Shown here: piece after piece, positions 10,878-22,885 of the stretch
How the letters are laid out: every line of letters starts with the position of its first letter
How positions within the stretch are numbered: the stretch's first letter is position 1
From: an uncultured Acidobacteriota bacterium
GTDB lineage: Bacteria; Acidobacteriota; UBA6911
Length of the DNA stretch: 64,000 nt
Direction: 5' to 3'
Assembly (NCBI GenBank): GCA_963843575.1
Contig: CAWJKZ010000015.1
Location: 96,001 to 160,000, forward strand
Made by a program: the position numbers and the translations under genes
Notes under the pieces: generated by a model
Seen by the model: only the letters and a program-made list of their open reading frames with translations
The model's database searches: none
What the model was told of the DNA's origin: nothing

Positions 10878-11192
10878 CTATTTCTCGGAGCTGCGGACCG
10901 GGAACAGGAGCAGCACCTGGATGCCGCCCAGGCGTGCTGCCAGGAGGTTGTACACCAGGGCGCCCAGCCCGACCATCAGCGACCCCACGATGCCGTAGAA
11001 GAGCGGGATCGCGACAATCGCGATCGGTCCCCAGATCATCGACGGCCGGTCCGCGCCGGCCATCCCCGAAAACGGCGTCAGCACCATCGTAAAGACGATC
11101 ATGACCAGTGCGGCCAAAAACCCGACGACAAGGTTGACTACAAAGCTGATCTTCATCACCGAGAGCACCCCGACCTTCCGCAGTTCCGCCAT
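10878..11192 (-). CDS. Small membrane protein (DUF3566-like)
   Basis: ELRKVGVLSVMK, two TM helices, YNLLAARLGGI. Confidence 0.75.
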   Translation of the reverse strand: MAELRKVGVLSVMKISFVVNLVVGFLAALVMIVFTMVLTPFSGMAGADRPSMIWGPIAIVAIPLFYGIVGSLMVGLGALVYNLLAARLGGIQVLLLFPVRSSEK

Positions 11193-11208
11193 TTCAGCTC
11201 CTCGCGTG

Positions 11209-11237
11209 CAAAAAAAAGGGGGGCAGACGCCCCCCTG
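11209..11237 (-). terminator. Rho-independent terminator
   Basis: Minus strand GGGGGC-GTCT-GCCCCC followed by CC and a T-run, after the 11260 gene. Confidence 0.8.
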
Positions 11238-11259
11238 GACATTGGGTCGTACTCTTCTG

Positions 11260-11592
11260 CTATTGCCCCTTGATGCTTTCGATCGTGACGGCCTTGCCGT
11301 CCTGGCTCATCGTGCCGGTCACGGTAACATTCTTGCCGGCGTACTTGGTGAGTTCGGCGTTGATCTTCGCGTCCTTCTGGTTCTGGATGTCCAGGATCTT
11401 GTCCTTGCTCACCACGAAGATAAACGGGCTGCCGTGCTTCACACAGTCGAGCGTGCAGGTCACCGGGTCCTGTCCCTTGTGGTCCGCGCCGCACATTTTG
11501 TCGCTGATGGATCCCTTCCAGGTTTCCGCCGCGGATGCGGCGACCGCACAGGCGAGCGCAAGCACCGCAACCAGGCACAATACTCTCTTCAT
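11260..11592 (-). CDS. Small secreted Cys/His protein (acidobacterial OB-fold-like)
   Basis: Signal peptide; GSISDKMCGADH...CTLDCVKHG...KYAGKNVTVTG; GGAGG RBS. Confidence 0.8.
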   Translation of the reverse strand: MKRVLCLVAVLALACAVAASAAETWKGSISDKMCGADHKGQDPVTCTLDCVKHGSPFIFVVSKDKILDIQNQKDAKINAELTKYAGKNVTVTGTMSQDGKAVTIESIKGQ

Positions 11593-11655
11593 CTGTCCCC
11601 TCCATTGAAGCGATTTCAAACTAAATGCTTCCGGCACTCGGATTGTACCATCAGT

Positions 11656-12393
11656 TTACTGCGGGCGGCGCTTGACGGTGCCCTTGGCGGTCAGGTAGAA
11701 CGGCTCGGCGATTGCCTCTTCCACCCGCTTCCGGTAGCCCTTCACGGGCCACTCGCGCTCGCAGAACAGGTCGAGGATGCGGCCCCTTACCCGCGGCCGC
11801 CCCTCGGCCTCCAGGAACGTCTCGATCAGCTTCTCGCGGCTCTCCTCCTCGCCGTTGCGCGCGAGGTACTCGGCCGTGGCGATGCAGACGTCGTCGTCTT
11901 CGTCTTTGAGGAATCTCAGGACGGCGTCGCGCATCAGCGGGAAGGCGTCGTCGGGGATGTGGTTGATCAGGACGGTCTTGGCCTCGGGCCAGCGCGTGTA
12001 GCCGCTGCCCAGTTCCTCCATGATCTTCTTGAGTTCTCCCCGGTACTCCTCCGGCGACAGGAGTTCGCGCAGGGCACGCACCGGCCAGGTGACTTCGCTC
12101 TCGGTGCGCAGGTACTTCAGGATCGGGTCGACGGCGACCCGTCCCATCTGCGCGAGCAGACGGGTGGTGTACTGTCTTTCCTCCAGGTCCATGCTGGCCT
12201 GGGGGACCTGGATGGTGAAGCGCCGCAGCAGCGCGGCCGCGGCGGCCGGGGTTTTCCACGAGGCCAGCCGCTCCATGGCGCCGACACGCGTGCCGGCGTC
12301 GCCGTGCGGCTGGGTAGCCTGCTTGAGGGCGCGGCGCACCTGCCGTTCCGATGGTCCGCTCTCGGCGGAGAAGAGCTTCCGGATCAATCCCAT
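11656..12393 (-). CDS. HEAT-repeat protein
   Basis: Helical repeats, e.g. FLKDEDDDVCIATAEYL; coding-like codon bias. Confidence 0.75.
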   Translation of the reverse strand: MGLIRKLFSAESGPSERQVRRALKQATQPHGDAGTRVGAMERLASWKTPAAAAALLRRFTIQVPQASMDLEERQYTTRLLAQMGRVAVDPILKYLRTESEVTWPVRALRELLSPEEYRGELKKIMEELGSGYTRWPEAKTVLINHIPDDAFPLMRDAVLRFLKDEDDDVCIATAEYLARNGEEESREKLIETFLEAEGRPRVRGRILDLFCEREWPVKGYRKRVEEAIAEPFYLTAKGTVKRRPQ

Positions 12394-12510
12394 ATCGTAT
12401 TGATCTTACATCAATGGCTGTCCCGGGGACCGGAAATACGCCGCCAGTGGTGACTGGCAGCGCGTTTCCACCTATAATCTGCCGGAAACCAAAGGACGGG
12501 GGTTACCGGT

Positions 12511-12783
12511 ATGGAAGAGCGGGATTTTTTCATTGAGAAGGACGAGTCGGTCCCCGCACAGATCTACTGTCCGAAGTGCCGCGTGACGGGAGAGTACCAG
12601 ATCAAGTGGCGGCGGCGCACGAAGAAGGGGTCTCTGCCGCCCCGGGCCGACGAGCGGGACCGCGCGCGCTTTGCCAAGGCGCGCAACTACCGCATCCGCC
12701 TCGACGACAAGATCCGCTGCAACAACCCGCGCTGCGGCAAGACCATCGAGATCACGACGCTTCAGACGGTCGTTTTCGATTGA
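12511..12783 (+). CDS. Small Zn-ribbon protein
   Basis: CPKC ... CNNPRC, 90 aa; 3' end overlaps hemE by 22 nt. Confidence 0.8.
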   Translation: MEERDFFIEKDESVPAQIYCPKCRVTGEYQIKWRRRTKKGSLPPRADERDRARFAKARNYRIRLDDKIRCNNPRCGKTIEITTLQTVVFD

Positions 12784-13802
12784 CCGTGCACGAAGTCGAT
12801 GAGGGCGCGCACGGCGTCCTCCGGCGTGGACGGCAGGATTCCGTGCCCGAGGTTGAAGATGTGGCCGGGACGCCCGGCGGCGCGATCCAGCACGTCCTGC
12901 GCCCGCTCCCTTAGCAGGTCCGTCGGAGCCATCAGGAGCACCGGGTCGAGATTGCCCTGGACGGCGGCCGTGTGGCCGATCCTGGCCCAGGCCTCGTCCA
13001 GCGGCGTCCGCCAGTCGACTCCCAGGACGTCTCCACCCGCTTCGCGCATGAGCGGCAGCAGGTCCCCAGTCCCGGTGCCGAAGTGAATCGACGGCACCCC
13101 CGCCTCCTTCAGGCCGCGGAAGACCTCCGCAGTGTGCGGCAGCACGTATTCGCGGTAGTCGTCCGGGCTCAGGCACCCGACCCAGGAGTCGAACAGCTGG
13201 AGCGCCTGGGCCCCGGCCGCGGCCTGGGCCAGGAGGTAAGCGCGTATGGTCTCGGCGAGTTTGCTCATCAGGACGTTCCACGATTCGCGCTCGTGATACA
13301 TCATCTTCTTGGTGAGCACGTAGTTTTTCGATGCGCCCCCCTCGATCGCGTAACTCGCCAGCGTGAAGGGCGCGCCGGCGAAGCCGATCAGGGGCACGCG
13401 GCCGTTCAGCTCGTCCCGGACCGCGCGGAGGCTCGCCGACACATAAGCCAGATCCCTCTCCGGGTCCGCCACACGCAGCGCCCGGGCGTCGGCCGGGCTC
13501 CGGACGGGGTTGCGGATCACGGGTCCTTCGCCTTCGGCGAACTCGAGCCGGATCCCCATTCCCTCGAGCGGCAACAGAATGTCCGCGAAAATAATGGCGG
13601 CGTCCACTTCGAAGGCCCGCACGGGTTGCAGGGTCACTTCGGTTGCGATTTCAGGAGTCTTGAACATCGTGAGGAGGGGATAGCGGGCGCGGATGTCGCG
13701 GTACTCCCGCATGTAGCGTCCCGCCTGCCGCATCAGCCAGATCGGCGTGCAGTCCGCCGTGCGCCTCCTGCAGGCGTCCAGGAACCTGTCGTTCCGCGCC
13801 AT
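12762..13802 (-). CDS. hemE: Uroporphyrinogen decarboxylase
   Basis: PIWLMRQAGRY, DAAIIFADIL, QGNLDP, HIFNLGHG. Confidence 0.97.
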   Translation of the reverse strand: MARNDRFLDACRRRTADCTPIWLMRQAGRYMREYRDIRARYPLLTMFKTPEIATEVTLQPVRAFEVDAAIIFADILLPLEGMGIRLEFAEGEGPVIRNPVRSPADARALRVADPERDLAYVSASLRAVRDELNGRVPLIGFAGAPFTLASYAIEGGASKNYVLTKKMMYHERESWNVLMSKLAETIRAYLLAQAAAGAQALQLFDSWVGCLSPDDYREYVLPHTAEVFRGLKEAGVPSIHFGTGTGDLLPLMREAGGDVLGVDWRTPLDEAWARIGHTAAVQGNLDPVLLMAPTDLLRERAQDVLDRAAGRPGHIFNLGHGILPSTPEDAVRALIDFVHGQSKTTV

Positions 13803-13829
13803 CGGTTGTCCTCCTGCACTGAAGCAATG

Positions 13830-13960
13830 TGGAGTGCGGCGCCTCGGCGCCGCTTTCACTTGTGCCGACGGCAGAAATGCCCGGCGCCTCTGGCGCCGAT
13901 GCTGGAGCGGCGGGCGCCGAGGCGCCCACCCCAAAGCGGCGTCGAGCCGGACGCACTCCA
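13830..13960. repeat. Family B REP-like doublet
   Basis: TGGAGTGCGGCGCCTCGGCGCCGCTTT ... AAAGCGGCGTCGAGCCGGACGCACTCCA. Confidence 0.85.
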
Positions 13961-14055
13961 CAAACAAGACAATCTATCACGTGTCGGCTCTCACAAGAAC
14001 CGGGCAGGGAATTCTGTTAGTATCAGGCGCGGACCTTCCTCGAGAGGAGACCCCC

Positions 14056-15519
14056 ATGCGTTCGATGATGCGTTTTGCCCTGCTGGCGCTGTTGTCCGTT
14101 TCAGCGGTTTCGTGGCTCCCGGCTCAGACGAGTGAGTGCATCTGCAACGGGTTCAACGGTGCGCGCACCGGCAACGAGTGGTCGTTCGTGGAGGGGGCGC
14201 ATTTCAGCCGGGCGCGGGCCAACCTGGTCGACCCGGCGTTTTTCGGGACACGCGGCGTGGTGGCCCGGCCGGTCCGCGTCGGATCGGGCATGGAGACCGC
14301 TGCGGAGGCGACGCTGGGCGGCACCCACGTCTTTTTCACGGGGTGGACCGAGGCCTCCAGCTACACGCCTTCCGAGCGGAGCGCCCTCCAGAGCATGGTC
14401 AGCCGCGGGATGAACCTCGTGCTCACATCGGACGACATCGGCCACAGCATCGCGGACCTCTTCGAGACCACCCTGGTGCAGGCGAACAACGAGCCCGAGA
14501 CGAACACGGCCGTCGCGGCCGAGCACCCGATTTTCGCCGGACCCTTCGGGCGCATCACCGAATTCCGGGGCGCCGGCCAGATCGGGCATTTCCGCGGATG
14601 GCCGGAGGGCGCCGTCCTGCTGGCCGCCAACAGCATGGGGCCGACGATGGTCCTCATCCCGCGCGGGGTGCTCAGCTCGGGGTCGGGCGCCGTGCTGCTG
14701 ATTTCCGACACCGACCAGTTGACCACCTACAACCGGACGGTCGACCCGAACGGGTCCGAGCCGAGCGTGCCGGTCACCGACGCGCTGGTAATGAACATCG
14801 TGGCCTTCCTGTGCAACCCCACGGCGCCGGCCTCCGCGCCCCACCTCGTCTTCCCGCAGTTTGCCAACGGCCAGAACAACGTCTCGTCGCTGAACCTCAC
14901 CAATACCGACATCCTGTCGTCCGTGGCGACCGTCAAGCTCTTCGGCGACGACGGCTCCCCCTTCAGCCCCAATCTCGTCGGGCACGGCGCGGCATCCACC
15001 TTCGCAACCTCCGCCATGCCCGCGAACCAGACCCTGACGTTTACGACCGACGGCGTCGGTACCCTGAAGTCCGGCACCGTCACGGTGCGTGCTTCCTCGC
15101 CAAACATTACGGGAAACGTCATCTTTTACGCGCCCGGGCTCGGGACGACCGGGGTCAGCCCGAGCGAAGTGGCCGGCGGCTTCGTGCTCCCCGTCGTGCA
15201 GCAGCCGACCGGGACCACACCCATCGAGGTCTACACCGGGCTGGCGATCAGCAACATGACCGCGAAAACCGCGGTGATCCGCCTCGAGCTGTGGGACGAT
15301 GTCGGCCGGCGCGGCGACGGGATCCTCCGCCTGGAACTGCCGCCCAACGGCCACCAGGCGGCCTTCCTCTACCAGTTGATGCCGAGCTTCGATTTCCGCG
15401 GCTTCAAGGGAACCCTGCGGATCGTCAGCACCAACGCCCTGATTTCCGTCACCGGGCTGCAGCTGGGGAGCGCCCCCGGCCAGTTCACGGCTCTGCCCAT
15501 CAAGGCCGTCTATCGGTAA
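14056..15519 (+). CDS. Secreted hypothetical protein with C-terminal beta-sandwich domains
   Basis: GAGGAG RBS, signal peptide, FPQFANG and YTGLAISN modules; strong codon bias. Confidence 0.75.
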   Translation: MRSMMRFALLALLSVSAVSWLPAQTSECICNGFNGARTGNEWSFVEGAHFSRARANLVDPAFFGTRGVVARPVRVGSGMETAAEATLGGTHVFFTGWTEASSYTPSERSALQSMVSRGMNLVLTSDDIGHSIADLFETTLVQANNEPETNTAVAAEHPIFAGPFGRITEFRGAGQIGHFRGWPEGAVLLAANSMGPTMVLIPRGVLSSGSGAVLLISDTDQLTTYNRTVDPNGSEPSVPVTDALVMNIVAFLCNPTAPASAPHLVFPQFANGQNNVSSLNLTNTDILSSVATVKLFGDDGSPFSPNLVGHGAASTFATSAMPANQTLTFTTDGVGTLKSGTVTVRASSPNITGNVIFYAPGLGTTGVSPSEVAGGFVLPVVQQPTGTTPIEVYTGLAISNMTAKTAVIRLELWDDVGRRGDGILRLELPPNGHQAAFLYQLMPSFDFRGFKGTLRIVSTNALISVTGLQLGSAPGQFTALPIKAVYR

Positions 15520-15527
15520 CGAGCCGG

Positions 15528-15695
15528 CAAGTGGGTCCGGGTCTCAGCGGCTGTCCAACGATTGAACCACCCGCCCCGCCCGTAAAACAAGTGGGTCCGG
15601 GCTTCAGCCCGGACGTCTTTAGACCTGCCCTGTTTGGAGACAGACGAACTCAATAGCGACCGCAAACAGCGTCCGGGCTGAAGCCCGGACCCACT
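15528..15695. repeat. Family A REPIN-like triple cluster
   Basis: Degenerate unit, linker and inverted doublet; same layout as 58987-59154. Confidence 0.88.
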
Positions 15696-15704
15696 GCTTT
15701 CGGG

Positions 15705-16865
15705 TCAGAGGTGGATGTCGGCGAAGATGGGGCGGTGATCCGAAATCCTGCCAGGGCCGGCGTTCTCGACGTCCCGCGTGCCGGAGCCGAGGGACTCCTC
15801 CCCGGAACCCGCGTCGCGCACCTCGCCCGCGCGCGCGGGCGAAATCCCTCTGCCGAGAATCCAGTCCAGCTTGAACCTCAGATAGCCCCGGTAGGCGGCC
15901 AGCCTGCGCTGGGCGAAGCGTGCCAGCGGTCCGGGGAGCAGGGAAGAATCCTCCAGGGATCCCAGCGGCGTGCAGGCGGTCGGTTCGTGCGTGTTCAGCC
16001 CCTCCCACTCGAAGCCCGCGGAACGAGCGAGGCGGAAAAGCGGTTCCGAACCCCGCTCGGGATGGCACATCCGCTCCTGCATGAACGCGGGTGAGCGGGC
16101 CAGCAGGAGGGCGACGGACCGCAGCGTGCGCCCGCGCGTCCCGCGGGCGAAGCCGCCCGTGTTGAAGTCGCCCGCCAGGATGTGCGGTTCGCCGCGGCCG
16201 CCGGGGAGGTGCGCCAGCACGTGGCCCATCTGGGAAGCCCGGCACCCGGGGGTGTTGCGGACCTCGAAGTGGACCGCCCCCAGCCAGAGGGTCCTCGTCC
16301 CCAGGTCGGCCCGCGCCCAGAGACAGGTGCGCGTACCGTAGCGCTTCTCGTGGAATTCGAACGGCTCAAAACAGGCGGGCAGCGGGACGACACGCGACTC
16401 GGACAGCGGGTAGCGGCTCAGGATGGCGTTTCCCTGCAGGCTTTCGCGGTTGTCGCCGGGCGCGTCGAGGTCGTCGTCGGTCCCCTTGGTCAGCTCCAGG
16501 TGTGCCGGCCCGAAGGTCATGTGCATGCCCAGCTCGCGGGCCAGGGTCAGGGCGATGTCCAGGTTTCCTGACCGCGCCATCCCCAGATCAACTTCGTTCA
16601 GGAGGATGACGTCGGCCCGGCGGAGTACCGGGTCGGACCGCAAGGTCTCCACGATCTGGGGCAGGCGCTTCCCCTTTTCGATGTTCCAGGTTGCGATGCG
16701 CAGGAACGACCGCAGACAGGGCCTGGCATCCGGCGAGCAGAAGTTCCGGGGTGTGCCGAGCAACTCCCTCAGCCCCGGTCCCGCCTCGGCAAAAAAGGGG
16801 GAGCGGTGCAACTCGCGCAGGGTCGGGTAGCGGCGCAGGTTGAGCAGCAGCGCGTCGTCGTGCAT
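15705..16865 (-). CDS. Endonuclease/exonuclease/phosphatase (EEP) family protein
   Basis: TWNIEKG, LLNEVD, GNAILSRYP, AGDFN, LDWI, SDH. Confidence 0.9.
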   Translation of the reverse strand: MHDDALLLNLRRYPTLRELHRSPFFAEAGPGLRELLGTPRNFCSPDARPCLRSFLRIATWNIEKGKRLPQIVETLRSDPVLRRADVILLNEVDLGMARSGNLDIALTLARELGMHMTFGPAHLELTKGTDDDLDAPGDNRESLQGNAILSRYPLSESRVVPLPACFEPFEFHEKRYGTRTCLWARADLGTRTLWLGAVHFEVRNTPGCRASQMGHVLAHLPGGRGEPHILAGDFNTGGFARGTRGRTLRSVALLLARSPAFMQERMCHPERGSEPLFRLARSAGFEWEGLNTHEPTACTPLGSLEDSSLLPGPLARFAQRRLAAYRGYLRFKLDWILGRGISPARAGEVRDAGSGEESLGSGTRDVENAGPGRISDHRPIFADIHL

Positions 16866-16946
16866 GACACCGGCATTCTAACCCGGGACGCTCGGGGTTC
16901 CCAATCACCTCCAAGGCAGCGGCTGGGTCGCGTCAAGGTGCTGAGG

Positions 16947-17027
16947 TGGAGTGCGGCGCCTCGGCGCCAACCCGAATCGCGGTGATCTTGAAGTGGTGGG
17001 CGGCGCCCGACCCGGCGCCGCACTCCA
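16947..17027. repeat. Family B REP-like doublet
   Basis: TGGAGTGCGGCGCC ... GGCGCCGCACTCCA. Confidence 0.85.
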
Positions 17028-17095
17028 AATTCGTTGCCCACGCCGGGGGCATTGTTCTATTCTGAATGATTGTCTCTGTTGGAGGGAGATCAGTC

Positions 17096-19288
17096 ATGAT
17101 AGTTCTGCGTAAATCGTTTCTTGTAGCCGTTCTGCTCGTGCCGCTGTCGGCGCTCCGCGCCGAGGAGGGGATGTGGATGCCGCAGCAGATCCCGGCGCTC
17201 GCGTCGCGGCTCCAGGCGCTGGGTTTCAAGGGCGACTCCAAGGAGTTCGCCGACCTCACCGGGCAGCCGATGGGGGCCATCGTTTCGCTGGGCGGGTGCA
17301 CGGCGTCGTTCGTTTCACCCGACGGGCTCATCGCGACCAACCACCACTGCGTGACCGGCGGGCTGCAGTTCAACTCCACACCGCAGCGCGACCTGCTGCG
17401 CGACGGCTATCTCGCCGGGACCCGCGAGGACGAACTTTCCAACGGGCCCGGGTCGCGCGTCTATGTCACCACCTCGGTCAAGGAAGTCACCGACGCCATC
17501 ACCGGCGGCATCGACCCGAAGTCCGCCGACCGGCAGCGTTACGACACGATCGAGCGGCGCATCAAGGAGCGGGTGGCTGCGTGTGAAAAGGGCGGCCTGC
17601 GCTGCACCGTCGCCTCCTTTTTCGAGGGGCTGAAGTACTTCGAGATCGCGCAGCTGGAGATCAGGGACGTACGGCTCGTCTACGCCCCGGCCGAGGGGAT
17701 CGGCGTCTTCGGCGGCGAGACCGACAACTGGCGTTGGCCCCGCCAGACGGGCGACTGGAGCTTCCTGCGGGCCTACATTGGCAAGGACGGCAAACCGGCC
17801 CCCTTCGCCAAGGACAACGTTTCGTACAAACCGGCGCACTGGCTCAAGGTCTCTACCGAAGGGGCGAAGGCCGGCGAACTCGTGTTCGTCGTCGGGTACC
17901 CCGGCCGCACGCAGCGCCACCAGACGTACGGCGAGGTGCGGGAAACCACCGAGTGGGCCTTCCCGCGGGCGATACGCCTCGCCCAGGAGCAACTGGCCAT
18001 CATCGATACCCTGACCCGGGACAACAAGGCGCTCGCGCTCAAGCTGGCCGGGCGCATCCAGGGGCTGAACAACGGGCTGACCAACCAGAAAGGCATGCTC
18101 GAAGGCCTCGTCAAGGGCGGCAGCCTGGCCCTCAAGGAAGCGCAGGAGAAGGAACTGACGGCCTGGATCGCCGCCGATCCCGCCCGGCAGAAGAAGTACG
18201 GCGACATCCTGCCGGCGCTCAATGCCCTGCAGGCCGAGGGGGAGAAGACGCGGGAACGCGATGCCGCGCTGGGAACCCTGTCCGGCTCCTCCTCGTACCT
18301 GGGCGCGGCGCAGACGCTGTACCGGCTGTCGATCCAGCGGCCGAAAAACGATCTCGACCGCGACCCCGGGTACCAGGAGCGCGACTGGGGACGCCTGCGG
18401 GAGGCACAGGAACGCCTCCAGCGCACGATAGACCCCGTCGCCGACCGCGCCCTGCTCCGCTGGGCCCTGCTCGCGGCTGCCGCGCTCCCTGCCGACCAGA
18501 GGATTGAGCCGCTCGACGGCGCTGCCGGCTTGTCGGCGGGAATGGCCGGGGCTGACGCCCAGAAGGCCGTCGATGCTTTCCTCGACGGGCTGTACGCGTC
18601 GACGAAGCTCGGGGACCGGGAATTCCGGTTGAGCCTCATGGACAAGAGCACGGCCGAGCTCGACGCCACCCGCGACCCGTTCATCGAGCTGGCCCGCAAG
18701 TTCGAGCCGTTGAACGAGAGCCTGCGGGAGCGGGCCAAGAACCGCGCGGGCGCCTACGCGCGTCTGCGCCCCCGGTACATGGAGGCGCTCCTCGCCCGGG
18801 CCGGCGGCCTCGTCGCCCCCGATGCCAACAGCACCCTGCGCGTGACCTACGGCCAGGTCAAGGGCGTCGACGCCCGCGACGGGCTGTTCTACAAGCCCCA
18901 CACGACGCTCGAGGGGATCGTCGAGAAGAACACCGGCGAAGGGGAATTCAACGCCCCTCCGAAACAGCTGGAGGCCATCAAGACGCTGCGCGCCGGGAAG
19001 AAGACGCCTTATCTCGACCCCGCGCTCAAGGATGTCCCGGTGAACTTCCTGTCCACGGTCGACACGACCGGAGGAAACTCAGGCTCACCGACCCTGAACG
19101 GCAAGGGCGAACTGGTCGGGCTGCTCTTCGACGGCACCTACGAGTCGGTCGCCTCCAATTTCCTCTTCGACCAGGTCAAGACGCGATCGATCCACGTCGA
19201 CAGTCGCTACATGCTCTGGAACATGACGGAAGTCGACGGCGCCGGCCGGCTGCTCAAGGAAATGGGGATCGGCACCGCCGCGCGCTGA
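17096..19288 (+). CDS. Peptidase S46 (DPP7/DPP11-like)
   Basis: EEGMWMP, GCTASFVS, TNHHC, DNWRWPRQTGD, DTTGGNSGSP. Confidence 0.95.
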   Translation: MIVLRKSFLVAVLLVPLSALRAEEGMWMPQQIPALASRLQALGFKGDSKEFADLTGQPMGAIVSLGGCTASFVSPDGLIATNHHCVTGGLQFNSTPQRDLLRDGYLAGTREDELSNGPGSRVYVTTSVKEVTDAITGGIDPKSADRQRYDTIERRIKERVAACEKGGLRCTVASFFEGLKYFEIAQLEIRDVRLVYAPAEGIGVFGGETDNWRWPRQTGDWSFLRAYIGKDGKPAPFAKDNVSYKPAHWLKVSTEGAKAGELVFVVGYPGRTQRHQTYGEVRETTEWAFPRAIRLAQEQLAIIDTLTRDNKALALKLAGRIQGLNNGLTNQKGMLEGLVKGGSLALKEAQEKELTAWIAADPARQKKYGDILPALNALQAEGEKTRERDAALGTLSGSSSYLGAAQTLYRLSIQRPKNDLDRDPGYQERDWGRLREAQERLQRTIDPVADRALLRWALLAAAALPADQRIEPLDGAAGLSAGMAGADAQKAVDAFLDGLYASTKLGDREFRLSLMDKSTAELDATRDPFIELARKFEPLNESLRERAKNRAGAYARLRPRYMEALLARAGGLVAPDANSTLRVTYGQVKGVDARDGLFYKPHTTLEGIVEKNTGEGEFNAPPKQLEAIKTLRAGKKTPYLDPALKDVPVNFLSTVDTTGGNSGSPTLNGKGELVGLLFDGTYESVASNFLFDQVKTRSIHVDSRYMLWNMTEVDGAGRLLKEMGIGTAAR

Positions 19289-19313
19289 TTCTGGGGGACC
19301 CCTGTAAACTGCA

Positions 19314-19419
19314 CAAGTGGGTTCGGGCTTCAGCCCGGACGCTGTGCTCGCATCGGGCAGGTGAACTCTATGGAACGGACTTAAAGACGTCCGGGCTTGG
19401 CAGAGCCCGGACCCACTTG
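19314..19419. repeat. Family A REPIN-like doublet
   Basis: CAAGTGGGTTCGGGCTTCAGCCCGGAC ... GCCCGGACCCACTTG between convergent genes. Confidence 0.88.
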
Positions 19420-19441
19420 TTCTGTACATGAGAGGGGGCGC

Positions 19442-20059
19442 TCAGTTCGTGGGGGCGGCTGTCTTCACGAAGGTGCGGGCCACGCGGAACTCCCGCTGCG
19501 GACCGAAACGGTAGGACACCGCCCAGGAGCCCAGCCGGTCGCTTCGCTTCAGCAGCGGGCCCGATTGCGGATTCCACTTCCCGCCGGAGTGAAACAACCC
19601 GTTGGAAATGCCCAGCTCCCAGCGGCGTCCCAAGGTGCGGCTGAAGTCCAGCGTGTCCAGGACCTGGTAGCGGCCGACTGCGCCGGACAGCGGAGCAAAG
19701 TGCGCGAGGAAGGAATTCAGCTTCCAGCCGTCCTTGTCCAGAGTGAACAGGAGGGCGGTCTTGATGCCGCGCTCGCCGTCCTCCTTCGCCAGCGTCGCGT
19801 AGAGGAGCGGCGCCAGGGTCAGCCACGGCCGGACTCTGAACCCATAGCCTCCCCCGACGTTGATTTCGTTGTTGCCCGGTACGCCGACGTAGAACACGTC
19901 GACCAGTGCGGCGTTTGGAAAGGTGTAGTTCCAATCGACGAAGCGGTACTTCGTGTCCGCTCCGCGCAGCTCGATGTAGTGCTGTGCCCGGGCGACGGCG
20001 GCGCAGCCGAGGAATGCCAGGGTGCAGAGGGCCAGACCATTCGTCCGGATGCGGCGCAT
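19442..20059 (-). CDS. Secreted or outer-membrane beta-rich hypothetical protein
   Basis: Signal peptide (AVARA), alternating beta-strand pattern. Confidence 0.7.
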   Translation of the reverse strand: MRRIRTNGLALCTLAFLGCAAVARAQHYIELRGADTKYRFVDWNYTFPNAALVDVFYVGVPGNNEINVGGGYGFRVRPWLTLAPLLYATLAKEDGERGIKTALLFTLDKDGWKLNSFLAHFAPLSGAVGRYQVLDTLDFSRTLGRRWELGISNGLFHSGGKWNPQSGPLLKRSDRLGSWAVSYRFGPQREFRVARTFVKTAAPTN

Positions 20060-20155
20060 AGTTTCCTCTTCGGCCAATGCGGCCGAAATGTGCCGATTAT
20101 AAGATCAGCCGCGTTATCCGATATACACCGGAGGCAACTGTTTTATGCTGTGGGA

Positions 20156-20890
20156 GTGCCAGAAGGGATTGTCTACGTCGACGAGCGCATCGTGGTGCTC
20201 GACAAACCGCCCGGGGTCAGCCTTCAGACCCGCAGGGCGGAGCCGGGGGCCGCGGTGGAGCGGTTGCTCGGGGCGCTTCCGCCCGATCAGGTTGCGGCTC
20301 ACGGCCTGGACGCCCGCGACCTGCTGCTGGTGCATCGTCTCGATGTGGGCACGTCCGGCCTGGTCCTGCTGGCCCGCGATCCGGAAGCGCACCGCGAGCT
20401 CTCCCGCGCCATGGGCGGCCACGCGGTCGAACGGGTGTACCTCGCGGTGGTGTGGGGACACCCGTCGCCAGCGGCGGGCCTGTACGGTTCGCCGATCGGG
20501 CCGGACCGCCGGGACCGGCGACGCATGGCCGTCGACCTTGCCGGCCGACGGGCGCTGACGCGGTACCGCAGCCTGGCCGCCGCGCTTCACGTCTCGCTCG
20601 TCGAATTGCGTCCGGAGACCGGCCGGACGCACCAGATCCGGGTGCATCTCGCCGCCGCCGGGCACTGGATCGTCGGCGACGACCTCTATGCCGGCGCACG
20701 GCACAGGGCCGTCCGGGACCCGCATCTCCGTTTGCTGCTCTCCGCTCCCCACACGCTCCTTCACGCGTGGCGCCTGGCGCTTCCCGAAAGCCGGCTGACG
20801 CCGGTGCGCTTTTTCGAGGCCCCGCCCCCGCCCGCTTTCCTGGCCGCTCTCGACGGGCTGGGCATCGAGCTCCCACTTGACGCGTACTAG
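20156..20890 (+). CDS. RluA-family pseudouridine synthase
   Basis: VLDKPPG, VHRLDVGTSG, TGRTHQIRVHL, GDDLY; start uncertain. Confidence 0.9.
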   Translation: MPEGIVYVDERIVVLDKPPGVSLQTRRAEPGAAVERLLGALPPDQVAAHGLDARDLLLVHRLDVGTSGLVLLARDPEAHRELSRAMGGHAVERVYLAVVWGHPSPAAGLYGSPIGPDRRDRRRMAVDLAGRRALTRYRSLAAALHVSLVELRPETGRTHQIRVHLAAAGHWIVGDDLYAGARHRAVRDPHLRLLLSAPHTLLHAWRLALPESRLTPVRFFEAPPPPAFLAALDGLGIELPLDAY

Positions 20891-21027
20891 AAGTGTGGGA
20901 TGGAGAGCCTCAGGCCGGACGTGGGCGGGGGCGGCCCGACCCCCCCCCGAGCTGCCGGCGGCCGCGTCGGGCCGCCGCGGCCCACAGTCACTTGCCTGCG
21001 GTGGGGGCGCTCGGCTAACCTATCGCT

Positions 21028-22692
<1,665 letters not shown>

Positions 22693-22712
22693 CAGCCGCT
22701 TTCGTAAGAAGA

Positions 22713-22807
22713 CAAGTGGGTCCGGGCTGTAAGCCCGGACCCGCTGTCGCTATGCGGGCAGGTGGAACTCTATGGAACGGACTTAGCGTCGGGCGAGCCC
22801 GGACCCA
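22713..22807. repeat. Family A REPIN-like doublet (degenerate)
   Basis: CAAGTGGGTCCGGGCTGTAAGCCCGGAC ... GCCCGGACCCA. Confidence 0.8.
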
Positions 22808-22809
22808 GC

Positions 22810-22885
22810 CTGCCGATCCGTGGGGATCCGCGCGCATCCGCGTCCTAAAAAATACGTTGGCGTATTTGTGAACATCAGTACTTAG
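22810..22885. mobile_element. MITE family C, right end only
   Basis: ATCCGCGCGCATCCGCGTCC...ACGTTGGCGTATTT...AGTAC-TTA; the TTA is the DUF3501 stop codon. Confidence 0.7.
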
